Of a DNA stretch of 32,000 bases, positions 1-12,200 are shown piece by piece. How positions within the stretch are numbered: the stretch's first letter is position 1; each line of letters opens with the position of its first letter. The translations under genes and the position numbers were made by a program. This DNA is from Zygophlyctis sp. KS116 (taxonomy: Eukaryota; Fungi; Chytridiomycota). Where the stretch lies: assembly GCA_054661495.1 (NCBI GenBank), contig BAAFSQ010000058.1:1-32000 (forward strand), given 5' to 3'. The notes below the pieces were generated by a model. It did not search any database. It was not told the DNA's origin and was given only the letters and a program-made list of their open reading frames with translations.

Positions 1-63
1 CTGCTTTTGGAATCCGCAACGATAGCAGTCGTACAAAATTCGTATCTTGATAGCTAAACCTTG

Positions 64-96
64 ATGTTAAAGAGCAAATTTATCAATAAACACTGA
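64..96 (+). promoter_or_regulatory. Candidate uORF in the eIF5 leader with a poor-context AUG (ttgATGt), MLKSKFINKH*
   Basis: Only ATG upstream of the eIF5 start in the window; T at -3 and +4, against A at -3 for the main start. The transcript start is unknown. Confidence 0.45.
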
Positions 97-161
97 CTAG
101 AACTTAATCTTGAACCAAGAATACCTGGACTCGAGCCTACGCCTGGCTGACTGCAAGAAAA

Positions 162-1400
162 ATGTCGAATATCAACATTAGAAGAGATGTGCAGGATAAA
201 TTCTACAGATACAAAATGCCAAAGGTTCGTTTAAGATCTTTAATATTGTAGTTGATTTCTAAAATTGAAGGGAAAGGGAATGGTATCAAGACTGTCGTTG
301 TTAATATCTCTGATATTGCTAAATCACTCGCAAGACCGCCAATGCATCCGATTAAATATTTTGGGTTTGAGTTGGGATCACAAGTAAAAGGTGATGCAAA
401 GGCTGATCGTTATATCGTTAATGGTGCTCATGACGCTGAAAAATTACAAAATATCTTGGATGGTTTCATAAACAAGTTTGTATTGTGTGGATCTTGTAAA
501 AATCCTGAAACAGATTTAGTGATCTCAAAGGATGAAGTAATTACAAAAAATTGTAAAGCCTGTGGTGCAAATACGCAAGCAGATATGGCACATAAATTGA
601 TTCCTTATATTATAAAGAATGCTGCTACTTTGAAAAAGTCTAAAAAAGATAAGAAAGGGAAAAAAGAAGAAGTTTCCGAATCTATAGAGTCTATTCAGCC
701 GAATGATGATGACGATGAGGATGGTGATGACGATGAGGCAGATGAGGCATTTACACAAAAAATTAATATGGAAGCATCTCTTTTAGCTAATGCAAACACT
801 GCATTAGGTGATGATAATGATTGGGCTGTCGATACCTCTGAAGAAGCTGTCGCGGCGCGAATGAAGGATTTAGCAGTACAGGGTGCGGTTGCAAAACTAA
901 TGGACGGAGATGGAGATGAGACAGGTATCATTCTTTTACTTATTTTAGATCCTTTAAATGAATTTGGTGACTTTGTTTCGGATCACAAGAATGATCCTAA
1001 AGCTATTATTGAAAAGGCCAAAGAGTTGGAAATCAGGTCAGATAAAGCAGCTACTATACTTGCTCAAACATTATTTGATCAAAATATTATAGGTCAAATA
1101 AATGAACAATTGCCATTGATTAAGGCTTTTGTTAAGAATGAAAAAGATCAAAAAGGTCTCATTGGTGGGCTTGAACGCTTGATTGGACTTTCACATCCAA
1201 AAGATCTTTTGTCAAAAACAGCCCTTATATTAAAGACATTTTATGACGCTGATATTTTAGAAGAAGAAGCATTACTTTCTTGGGCTGAAAAAGTGTCAAA
1301 GAAATTTATTGAAAGGAAGATTGCACGAAAGATACATGAAAATGCCGAACCATTTATAAAATGGTTACAGGAAGCAGAAGAGGAATCAGAAGAAGACTAA
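162..1400 (+). CDS. TIF5: Eukaryotic translation initiation factor 5 (eIF5)
   Basis: ATG at 162 gives MSNINIRRDVQDKFYRYKMPK; a 27-nt intron (225-251) joins it to LISKIEGKGNGIKT. Zinc-finger cysteines (CGSC...CKAC) and a C-terminal W2 domain (FIKWLQEAEEESEED) are present. A second, in-frame 24-nt intron is at 925-948. Confidence 0.97.
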
Positions 1401-1445
1401 TTTTCAAGTGAAGTTTATTTTCAAGACCAAAAATATTGCCTTTTC

Positions 1446-2694
1446 TTATTTGAAGAGTTTCTTGATGCTCATATTCTGTTCCGAATCTTTTTTGAGTACC
1501 TTTGAAACAGCCATTTCGAAATCCTCTTGATTTACGTGAATTCTTCTTTCTCTAAGAGCGTACATACCAGCTTCAGTGCAAACCCCCTTAACTTCAGCCC
1601 CAGAAGCACCAGGCATAGTTTCAGCAATCTTTCTCAAATCAATTCCTCTGGTTAAATTCATTCTTCTCGAGTGGATTTTTAGAATATCATGACGAGCTGC
1701 CTCATTTGGAGGAGGAAATTCAATTTTACGATCGATTCTTCCCGGTCTAAGCAAAGCTGCATCAAGAATATCAATACGATTCGTAGCCATGATAACTTTA
1801 ATATTTTGGGAAGGTTCAAATCCATCCAACTAAAAATTATCCAAAATGAATTACCTGATTAAGTAACTCCAGCATAGTTCTCTGAACTTCCGAATCACCA
1901 CCACTACTTCCACCACCACTTCCTTCACGACTAGAACCAATAGAATCAATTTCATCCATGAAAATAATTGAAGGTGCATGTTCTCTTGCCATAACAAACA
2001 ACTCTCGAACCATTCTTGACCCTTCTCCAATATATTTTTGAACTAATTCAGATCCGGAAACTCTTATAAATTTACAGTCAGTATGATGAGCAACTGCACG
2101 AGCCAATAAAGTTTTACCTAAATTTAATATATTCATCCTACCTGTTCCTGGAGGACCATATAGTAAAACTCCTTTAGGTTGAGCGATACCTAAAGAATCA
2201 AACAATTCCGGATGTTTGATTGGTAATTCAATAACTTCCTTAATTTCCTTTATCTGATTATCTAATCCACCCACCATTTCATAAGTTGAATCTGGGACCT
2301 TCTCCACCATCATGAGTGAGACAAGTGGATCTATTTTATTTGGAAGAATCTTATACAGCTGATAAGAGTCATGTTTAAGCGCAACTCTTAAACTTGGAGT
2401 CAGAGTTCCAATATCAATTGAAGGTGCAATATCTACTATATACTTCCCTTCTGGATTAACTTTTACCAGAACCTTATTCTTCCCCATGACTTTAACAACT
2501 TCACCGACATAAGCTCCAGGCTCCTGCAAAAGTCCCAACTCTTCACGTAACAATCGCACCTTGGCATTTAACTGATTTCTCTGAGCCTCAAGCCGTCTCA
2601 GATTTTGTGTTTGCTTTACCACAACAGTTGATAGTTCCTCTATTTTATTGGTATAAAACGACTTTATTCCATCGTTGGTTTGAGAAATTGTCAT
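1446..2694 (-). CDS. RPT6: 26S proteasome regulatory AAA-ATPase subunit Rpt6 (PSMC5)
   Basis: [13 protein letters not shown]; Walker A GPPGTGKT restored by removing the 24-nt intron at 2118-2141; Walker B IIFMDEID; 25-nt intron at 1830-1854 joins LLNQ to LDGFE; C-terminus MSIKKLFK. Confidence 0.98.
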
Positions 2695-2786
2695 TTTCGC
2701 GCCTAGGGTTATTAAACAAGATATAACCTAGTGCTTAAGTTTAAAGCATTTATAGATTTAATGGTCTCTTTTATACCCTAGAAAAA
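2695..2786. promoter_or_regulatory. 92-nt divergent intergenic region with TTTCGCGC (E2F-like) at 2695-2702
   Basis: Lies between the RPT6 and SHOC1-like start codons; exact match to TTTSSCGC. Confidence 0.45.
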
Positions 2787-4805
2787 ATGAAAATTTTCAT
2801 CTCCAAAAATAAAGATTTTAAACTAGATTTCCAAAAAGATTTCTTAAAGGGATACGATATTTCTCCAGTCCTTAATAAATTTGAGATTTTAATTCATAAT
2901 CCTGAGAAAAATCCTAGAAAAATAATAGGACTCTCTCTCCTAGAAAATGTTTTACCAACTAAACATTCTGTTCCTTTTCAGCGCCTTGAAATTCTCGGTA
3001 AATTCAAGGTGAAAAATGAAGTTTCGGACATTCAGTTGTTTTTCAATACGTTGACAATTCCAAAGATTAGATCGTCTCTAGAGTCTAATATTATGAATTC
3101 AAATCCAACTGAAGACATTCATCTGGATATAGAGATAAAGAAAATGCAGAATTCTACAAAATGTTGTCTGGAAATGGATCAATTTGATTTATTTCAGGTT
3201 AAGTATCATACAACCACTCATACTCTTTTAGAAAATAATCAGGTAGAAATGCGAAAAGAGTCTATAGAATTCATCAATCATGACTCTAGACTGTCCAAAT
3301 TCTCACTAGATTTCGATTTAGGAAAATGTTTAAAGGAAATCAATACTTTGGACGTAATTTCAGACATTGTAAAATTGAATTTTCAAAGTCAAAACTTTCT
3401 AAAGACAAAGGAACTCTTGCATCCAAAGAGATGGTTACCAATGAATTTAAATCATATCTTACCAAATTCTGTATCAAAATCTAAAAAAGAACTAGATTTG
3501 AACGTCAACTGGAATTATATAAGTGTACTAAAAGATCTATATGCAGTTAATGATAATATTCATAATTTAGTCTTGGGAAAAGAATGGAAATTCCAAAATG
3601 ATGATACTCAAGGTTTTCAAAAACTCAAATCTTTGAAAATAGGATTTAAAATGGAAGAACAAGGGATTGAAAATACTATTGATATTCTTAGTAATAATGA
3701 AATTCATGAATCAATTGAAATCGAAAACTCAAAGCTGCCACTGATGTTAGAAACACGATCTTCAATGGACACCAAAGTTATGGTTGATCGTTTCATGGTT
3801 AAAAGGAAAAGAACCAATTCTAACTTGCATCAAGAAAAAGAATGTAAGCAAGCCAAGGTAGAGCAAACTATTTCAAAGGATTTCTCAACACAAAAGCTAC
3901 AGGAAGTTTCCATGGATTTGGTTGACTTGGAAATACCAAAGTTTGATCAGGAAAATGCCAAAAAGCACAAGTATATTGGCAATTCAACGTTTTTCTCTAA
4001 AAGAGAACTTGTAAAGCTCTTGGAATCAAAATATTGTATTGAATTGATTGAAAGAAATTTAGATATCGGCAAAGATGATGAAAGTCCCAGAAAGATTCAA
4101 AGAGAGGACGTAATCATTGATGAAAAAACGTGTATTGTGTACATTTTCTCAATTTAACTTTAGGTTACATTCTTTGACTGATTTGCTATTTCCGAATCAA
4201 AGTGACATTATTGATAGTCTTTCAGAAACGCTGATTGGACAGCAAATTCTTGTTTTATCATTGCGGTATTCAAATATCTATTTATTCATGTCCGAAATTG
4301 ATTTAGAAAAACCAGATTCTCGTATATTGCTAAGGTACAGTCGATCAATAATATTAGTAAAATTAAGATTGATCCCTTTACTCCGCCAATTAGAAAATCA
4401 ATACTTTACTTGTACAAACTAAAAAAATATTTATACTCTTCATTGGATGTTAAGTTGAAAATAATCTTTGTTAGTAATTATGATCAAATTGCTTGGTGGA
4501 TTCGTAGTATTGGAGATGCTCAGGCATTAAACTATCAGATGCTTGGATCTTTGAACACCACCTATAATCTTCATTGTTGGGACTCAAGATCATGGATTAT
4601 GGACAATGAATCATCTGCGGAACGATTCTTATCAATGTTTCCAGTGTTAAATTCCTTTCAGGCACAGATATTATTGTCTCAGAATTCTTTAAAAGAAATT
4701 TTGAACATGACAAAGTCCGAACTTTTAGAAAACTTCAAATTGTGGATTCCAGAAAGGAATTTACAAATTTTCTATTCAATGACGCACATGAAGCTAGAAT
4801 TATAG
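2787..4805 (+). CDS. SHOC1/Zip2-like meiotic crossover protein (C-terminal XPF-like fold plus helix-hairpin-helix)
   Basis: Three ORFs joined by introns 4139-4163 (25 nt) and 4335-4357 (23 nt). C-terminal motifs LLESKYCIELIER, IIDEKTCIV, LSLRYS and SWIMDNESSAERFLSMFPVLNSFQAQILL resemble the SHOC1 C-terminus as I recall it. N-terminus unrecognised. Confidence 0.7.
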
Positions 4806-4852
4806 AAATTAATGTGAATCAACTCAATCACCCCAGAATTTTAAGTCGATGT

Positions 4853-6401
<1,549 letters not shown>

Positions 6402-6450
6402 ATTTTTTCAGGTCGTTTTATTAAGATTAAAATTTTAATTGTTTTACATC

Positions 6451-6916
6451 TTACTACAAGTATAAATAGAGAATAAAATTACATAATTGACAGAGATCAA
6501 GTAGTCGGCCAAAGATTCAACAACTTTTGTAGCTTCTCCTGGCTGAATCGGTTCATCATAGACACCAATCAAAATTGCCTGCTTAGTCTTTACGCAAACG
6601 ACTCCTCCGGCTCCCTTGGTATAAATTATATAGTATTTACCTTTTTGCCATACACCGATCGATCGTCTGCTCTAAGAGCAATATATTTAACACTGGCGAT
6701 GTGTAATCCGTTTGCTCTAATTCCAGAGGCGTCAGAAAATGCTTTTGTGAGCGCGGAAATTTCATTCGCATTGATCTTTGATTTAGTTTTTAATAAAATT
6801 TATACAGAGAATCCAGCAGATGTAGCCCATAGTCCTCCGTTATGACCATGTATAGCGGCCTGTAAAAGTTTTCCAGTTCCTACCAAGTTTGTGTCAACGT
6901 ATGCTTGCCACGACAT
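6451..6916 (-). CDS. PFY1: Profilin (missed by the ORF track)
   Basis: [15 protein letters not shown]...[54 protein letters not shown]. Introns 6776-6805, 6615-6640 and 6454-6482; the last lies immediately before the TAA. Confidence 0.95.
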
Positions 6917-6996
6917 TTTCTTTTCTTAGCTTTAGCTCTAGGAATTTTCTTAAAATTGAGCAAGGTTATAATTTAGGGTAAAGTCATAAAGTATTG

Positions 6997-8120
6997 TTAC
7001 AACGCTTGTATTTGCTTTATTAAGGCAGCCTTTTCATCATTAAACTGTTCATCATCTGTACGATCATTATGAAAAGTAGATAAAAAAGATAATAGCTTTT
7101 CCTTATTTTTGTAGAGTATATCATGAATCGGAGGAGACTTGTTTGGATTTGCAACAAAAATCTAGATTTTTATAAAAAATTTAAAATACCTTGAATACAT
7201 GAAAAGCTTCAAATTGTATATTTTTAGACTTGTCTCTCAACAAATTCATCATTAATTTTAGATTATCTGGAACAGAGATGTACTGAATCATGACATTAAA
7301 ATTTTTCCTATCCAATAGTAATTCTCCCAACAACTTTAGAGACTGTCTTTTTGTAACATAATTTTCAGAATTTAATAATTCTGTATATTTTTGAAAAAAC
7401 TAGTATTATTAGACTTGAAATAATACAGTCTCATAATTTGCTTCTAAAAAAATTGATGTGAGTCCTTTATGTTTTGTTAAAATATCCTAGGAATAAAAAT
7501 AATTTTTTAAAATACCTTGAAATTTGAAAAAGCATCACTTGCAACATCAAAAGTACTAAGATCCACTAATTTAAAAAAATTCCAGAAATATTTAGACTCT
7601 AAAATAATCTTTACTAGACATTCATGCCTAGAAACTTCTCTTAAAATCATTCCACAATTTAGAGAAATTTCTGGTTCATCATATCCTGAAATCAGACTAT
7701 AGAGTAATTGAGGATTTGTAGAGATATATTCTGCAGTTGGGAATCTAGTTCCAATTTGTCTTCGAAGTAAATTATTAAAAATCTGAGCAACATCTTTTTT
7801 AGCCTGTAATTAGAATATTTTTTAGAGAAATAGCTACAATAATAGCTCTAAATCCTATAAAAACTTACTTCAAATTCGAATTTATCCAAATTAGTGGCCA
7901 AATTCCCCAATAAATCTGTATTATAAACTTCCTGAGCCAAATTAGAGACTAATTCAGAATTTGGTTCAGACTCTCCATCTCCATAAAGAATATTTTTTAT
8001 ATTTATTAGAATTTTAGACATTTCCTCTCCAGACTTCTTCTCCACAGGCCTATTCAAGACCTCGATCAATGACTTTATGAGCTCTGCAGGCGATTTACTT
8101 TTAGATTTAAAAAAATTCAT
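6997..8120 (-). CDS. HYM1: MO25/HYM1 (CAB39) kinase scaffold
   Basis: [67 protein letters not shown]. Four introns: 7804-7868 and three short ones near 7487-7515, 7400-7426 and 7162-7189. Confidence 0.96.
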
Positions 8121-9090
8121 TTTCTACTAGTATATCTACTCCAACAAGACAAGAATCAATTTCCAATTTTAGATGAAAAAATCCCGGATAAAGTGCTAAA
8201 AAGCTTAAATTCACCGTTTTCCCCTCAAATTGTTTTCCTAGAATCAAGACTTGTTTAGAACAATTCAACACTTTAATACTTGGCTCTTGATCTGAAGAGT
8301 CTCTAGTAAATCCCAGATTAAACTTTTCTTCTACTTTTATCCTTTTAGGAACAAAAGACACTAGTACTTTAGACTCTAGTATTAATTTCTTTTGTAAATT
8401 TGCAGTCACTAATCTTCCTGTACTTCCATTATCAAAACTCCATTGTAAATCACATTTTCCTAAATTTTCTCCAAATATTTTTAAATAGTATAAATACTGT
8501 CTTGATTCTTTAGGTGCCATTAATTTAGAGAAATTATTATAGTCTATTAAACTTGATTCAGAGTCTATAGTAGGAATAAATTTCATTTGATTTAGAATAA
8601 TTGAAAAAGTAGAAATATTTGTCAGAATAATTTCTAGAAAACTTCCATCTCTACTCTTTACAGTTGATAATTTAAGAGAAAGAGGATTTAAAACTTGAAA
8701 TTTATAGAATTTCCTTTGAAACTTTCTTTCTTCTCCTAGAGTATAAGAGACTGTACAGACTAGAATATGTATTCCTAATTCTTTAATTTCATGACTTGTT
8801 TTATAGTTTTTTGTAGATAATTCTTGTAAATTCTCTTCTAAAAGAGAAAATCTAGAATTTGTAGTTTGTAATTCAGCTTTTATAGAAATTTCACAGAGTT
8901 TAACTAGAGATTCATTTGATAGCACTAATAGAGCTTCAAAGTGTTGTCCCAAGTAAATGCTTCCAAAAGAACTAGGAAGAGATAAAAAGTCTTGTATGGC
9001 CCCAACCAGTTGTAGTTTTTCCTTGTTGAAAATACTAGCATGAGGTTTGGAAAGTCGAATTATTTTTAGCGAAAGCAAGTTGTCATTCAT
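8107..9090 (-). CDS. TRAPPC13: Trafficking protein particle complex subunit 13-like
   Basis: LSLKIIRLSKP, LPSSFGSIYLGQHF, HEIKELGIHILVCTVSY, KFYKFQVLNPL; single ORF of 327 aa. Confidence 0.88.
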   Translation of the reverse strand: MNDNLLSLKIIRLSKPHASIFNKEKLQLVGAIQDFLSLPSSFGSIYLGQHFEALLVLSNESLVKLCEISIKAELQTTNSRFSLLEENLQELSTKNYKTSHEIKELGIHILVCTVSYTLGEERKFQRKFYKFQVLNPLSLKLSTVKSRDGSFLEIILTNISTFSIILNQMKFIPTIDSESSLIDYNNFSKLMAPKESRQYLYYLKIFGENLGKCDLQWSFDNGSTGRLVTANLQKKLILESKVLVSFVPKRIKVEEKFNLGFTRDSSDQEPSIKVLNCSKQVLILGKQFEGKTVNLSFLALYPGFFHLKLEIDSCLVGVDILVENEFF

Positions 9091-9210
9091 TAAACACGAT
9101 TTAAATTTTAAGTCGGTCCGTTTATCATTTTACATTTATCATTTATCCAATTTTAGCATGTTGATCATGTTATACACTAGGTTATAGCATGTTATAGCAT
9201 GGCGCTACAT

Positions 9211-12200
9211 CTAGATAAACAGGTTGAGGCGCTTCCCAGACATGTTGCCACGACAGGCGGTTAATGCACGCTTCAAGACTGTAGAGAAATCTAAACTAGG
9301 ATTTTCACAGACTGTACTGGTCATGGATCCCACAAATAAACTAGTATAGCTTTCTACTAGTAATCGATCTAATTCTACTTCTCCAACTCTAGAATCGTTT
9401 AGTTTTTTAAGTTCAAAAAGTGAAAGTAAAGTTCCTACTAAAAGATTTTTAAGAGAGTCTGTAGAATTGAAAAATATTGCTTCAATTCCAGGTGCGATTT
9501 GGAGAAATTCAGATTTAGAAACACGATAAGTTAGAGCTGAAAGGCCTTGAGAGTGTGGGATTGTGCTAGATAATAACTAGAGATTTTAGAAAAAATAATT
9601 ACATGAAGTAGAGATTCAAAACAATATTTCCAACTCTTGTCAAAGTAAAATATTTCTTCGGATTTTGAGAGTTTTCTCGCAAGGCTTTTAAGAGTTTCTA
9701 CATCTCCAAAATCTAAAATAATAGAAATCATCAAGTCTACGTATTTACAAGTGTAAATATAGTGTCTGCCAGGACTAATTAAATTTAAAATTTAGAAAAA
9801 AATACCGTTGTAGAGGAGATTTCCAGAATTGTATAAAGGTTTTAGAGGTTGGTTTGAATTGAAAGAGATTAGATAAAATTTCTTGGGCTTTTCCAGAATC
9901 TTTAAAGACTTTGAAGGCTATCCATGCTTGCTTAAAATATTAATATTAAAAAAATACCTGATAATAAATCTTATGATACCATTTCTTCTTGTCCAAACTC
10001 TTCAAAATTTCAAGATAATTAGAAATCATGGAAAAGGCTGTATGTTTTTCATCAGAGAGTTCAGGGATTTCTAAAAGTGAGACTCCATCTTCGGATTTTC
10101 CAGATACTGGCAATTTTAAAAGGCATCGTTTAATAATTGTGGAAATAGATGATGTTACAACTAAGGGCTGGCTTTTTAAACTGTTTTAAAATTACCTGGA
10201 TCTGATCACGGTATAATGCTTTACGCAGAAATGATAGTAGCTTTATAATAGGTTCTAGAATCTTTTCTTCTTTATTCATGGGTAAAAGTTCAATACAAGT
10301 TGCGAAAGAATTGATTACTTCCTAGGAAATTAAAGTTCTTAATTCTTACCGAAGATTTCTTTGCTAATTTAGCATAACAGGATGCCAAAGCAAAAGGGTA
10401 GTACCATTCTCGATGATCAAACATTTCAGCTTTTGTGAATGCATAAACAGATAGATATAAAATCTGCTGTCTACGTTGATTAATATTAACCTTTTCAGAA
10501 ACAAAGGCTTCCTTAATACTATCTTGCTGTTTAATTGTTATTATGTTTTGTTCATTTTCCTTTGCGATTTTAGCCAGCTTTAAAAGTATTATAGTTTGAT
10601 CTGATACAGTTGAAGTTGTGGGTCTACCATCCATTGGTTCAGAAACAATAGATCGCAAGAGATCTCCAAAATCTCCCCACAAGGTCGAAGCCACATCTCT
10701 ACGAGCGCCTAAAACATATAATTTATGCCGCTTATATTGCGAAGCTTTTTTCAAATGCTTGATAGCCTGTACAAAACATAAAAACGATCTCTATGATTAA
10801 ATTAATAATAAAACTCCTTACTCTTTGACAATTTGCGATATTTTTGCGGCCTTTGGTTACTTCCTGCACACTTCCATTTAAAAGTTCTTCGGCTTGAGAT
10901 TTGTAACTTTGAGCTAACAACGCCCATCCATCTATATCTTCAGGATCGAGATATAAGTGATTCTTTTCCTTTAATAAAAATAGTTTACCATTAATTGAGT
11001 AATTAACATCTTTAAAGAGTCCCCCTCTTTCCTTAGCTGAACTTTAAATTGTGCCCACAAGATCATGGCCTGAAGTTTGAATAATCGGAGTTGGACTTCT
11101 GGAATTTTTTCGCTGTGTAACCGGACCAATCCCACCAATCCATTCGGTCGATCTGGATGAAGCATTAAAGGGTCGATATCTGACTTTAAGTAATTATTTA
11201 TGTTATTCTTATTGATTTCAACCTCAACTATGTATGTGAACGATCAATAAAATATACCCATATCCCGAGGAGTCTTTTTAAATAGCTGCGCAACTTTGTC
11301 TATACAATCACGTACTTCATTAGAGACTGATCGAAACGACCTATTCTTAAACTTATTGATCACGTAATGCTCTGCAGATTCAAACACCTCCGTGGCAGCT
11401 TCCAATTCGAAAGGCTTAGGGGATGTGTTATGGTCCTTTGGTTCAAACTCAGCATCACCAAACTAACCGATTACTTTATAAATGCCGATACCTTAACTAC
11501 AATACCATATAAGCAAAAATAACATTGATAGGCATCCCTTTGAGTTTCGCTATTCTTGAGTTCTCGAATTATAAAATTGAGGAATCGACCTTGACAATCA
11601 AAAGAAAGTACTTACCTCCATCAACCGAACAGACCTTTAAATCGCCGAGAAATTGGTGCAAAAATTCCAATATAGAATTTGAAGGATTTATCTGCAAAGA
11701 ATCTGCATAATTTTCGTATGCCAATATCTGTTTAATGATGAGATAAAAAATCATCCATGAACGTACGCAAAATATTTCAATAGTTTTGATCCTTTTTTCA
11801 TAAACAGTTTTTGGCAAAGATGCCATATAGTCCCGAGGAAGCCCAAAGAGATAAATCGATAATTTAACACAAATTGCACATTCGTCCACCAGCAATTCGA
11901 GAAAAGTCTTATTATCAAACTCCGGGCTAGATAAGCAATTCAGCTGCTCAGTCCAATTATTTCCAGCTAGAAAATCAATCAATAGTCCCCATAAATCACA
12001 AAAAAACTGCAAAGGGACATCGATTTGACCATCATAAAGTAATATGTTCCTTAAAATGTCAGCGGCAGCAACTATTCCATTCTTAACCGCTTCACCATCT
12101 CGATTAAGTGTTTTTAACGACTAGAATTAAAAAAAATCTTATACATCAAAATGCATCCGATGAAAAGTTAATCTGCGCGGGAATTCGCCAAATATTAGCT

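Noticed and set aside
525-931. Antisense and alternate-frame ORFs in the track (e.g. 525-758, 695-931, 6645-6845, 13169-13420, 14936-15235, 22635-22895, 25943-26236)
   Set aside because: They are shadows of well-supported genes on the other strand or frame and have no recognisable motifs.
7838-7847. 10-nt micro-exon within the 65-nt MO25 intron
   Set aside because: It would shift the frame, and the conserved FEFEAKKDV is continuous without it.
9120-9205. Short tandem repeats (tttatcatt; gttatagcat x2) between HIR3 and TRAPPC13
   Set aside because: Low-complexity slippage repeats; no CRISPR-like or transposon structure.
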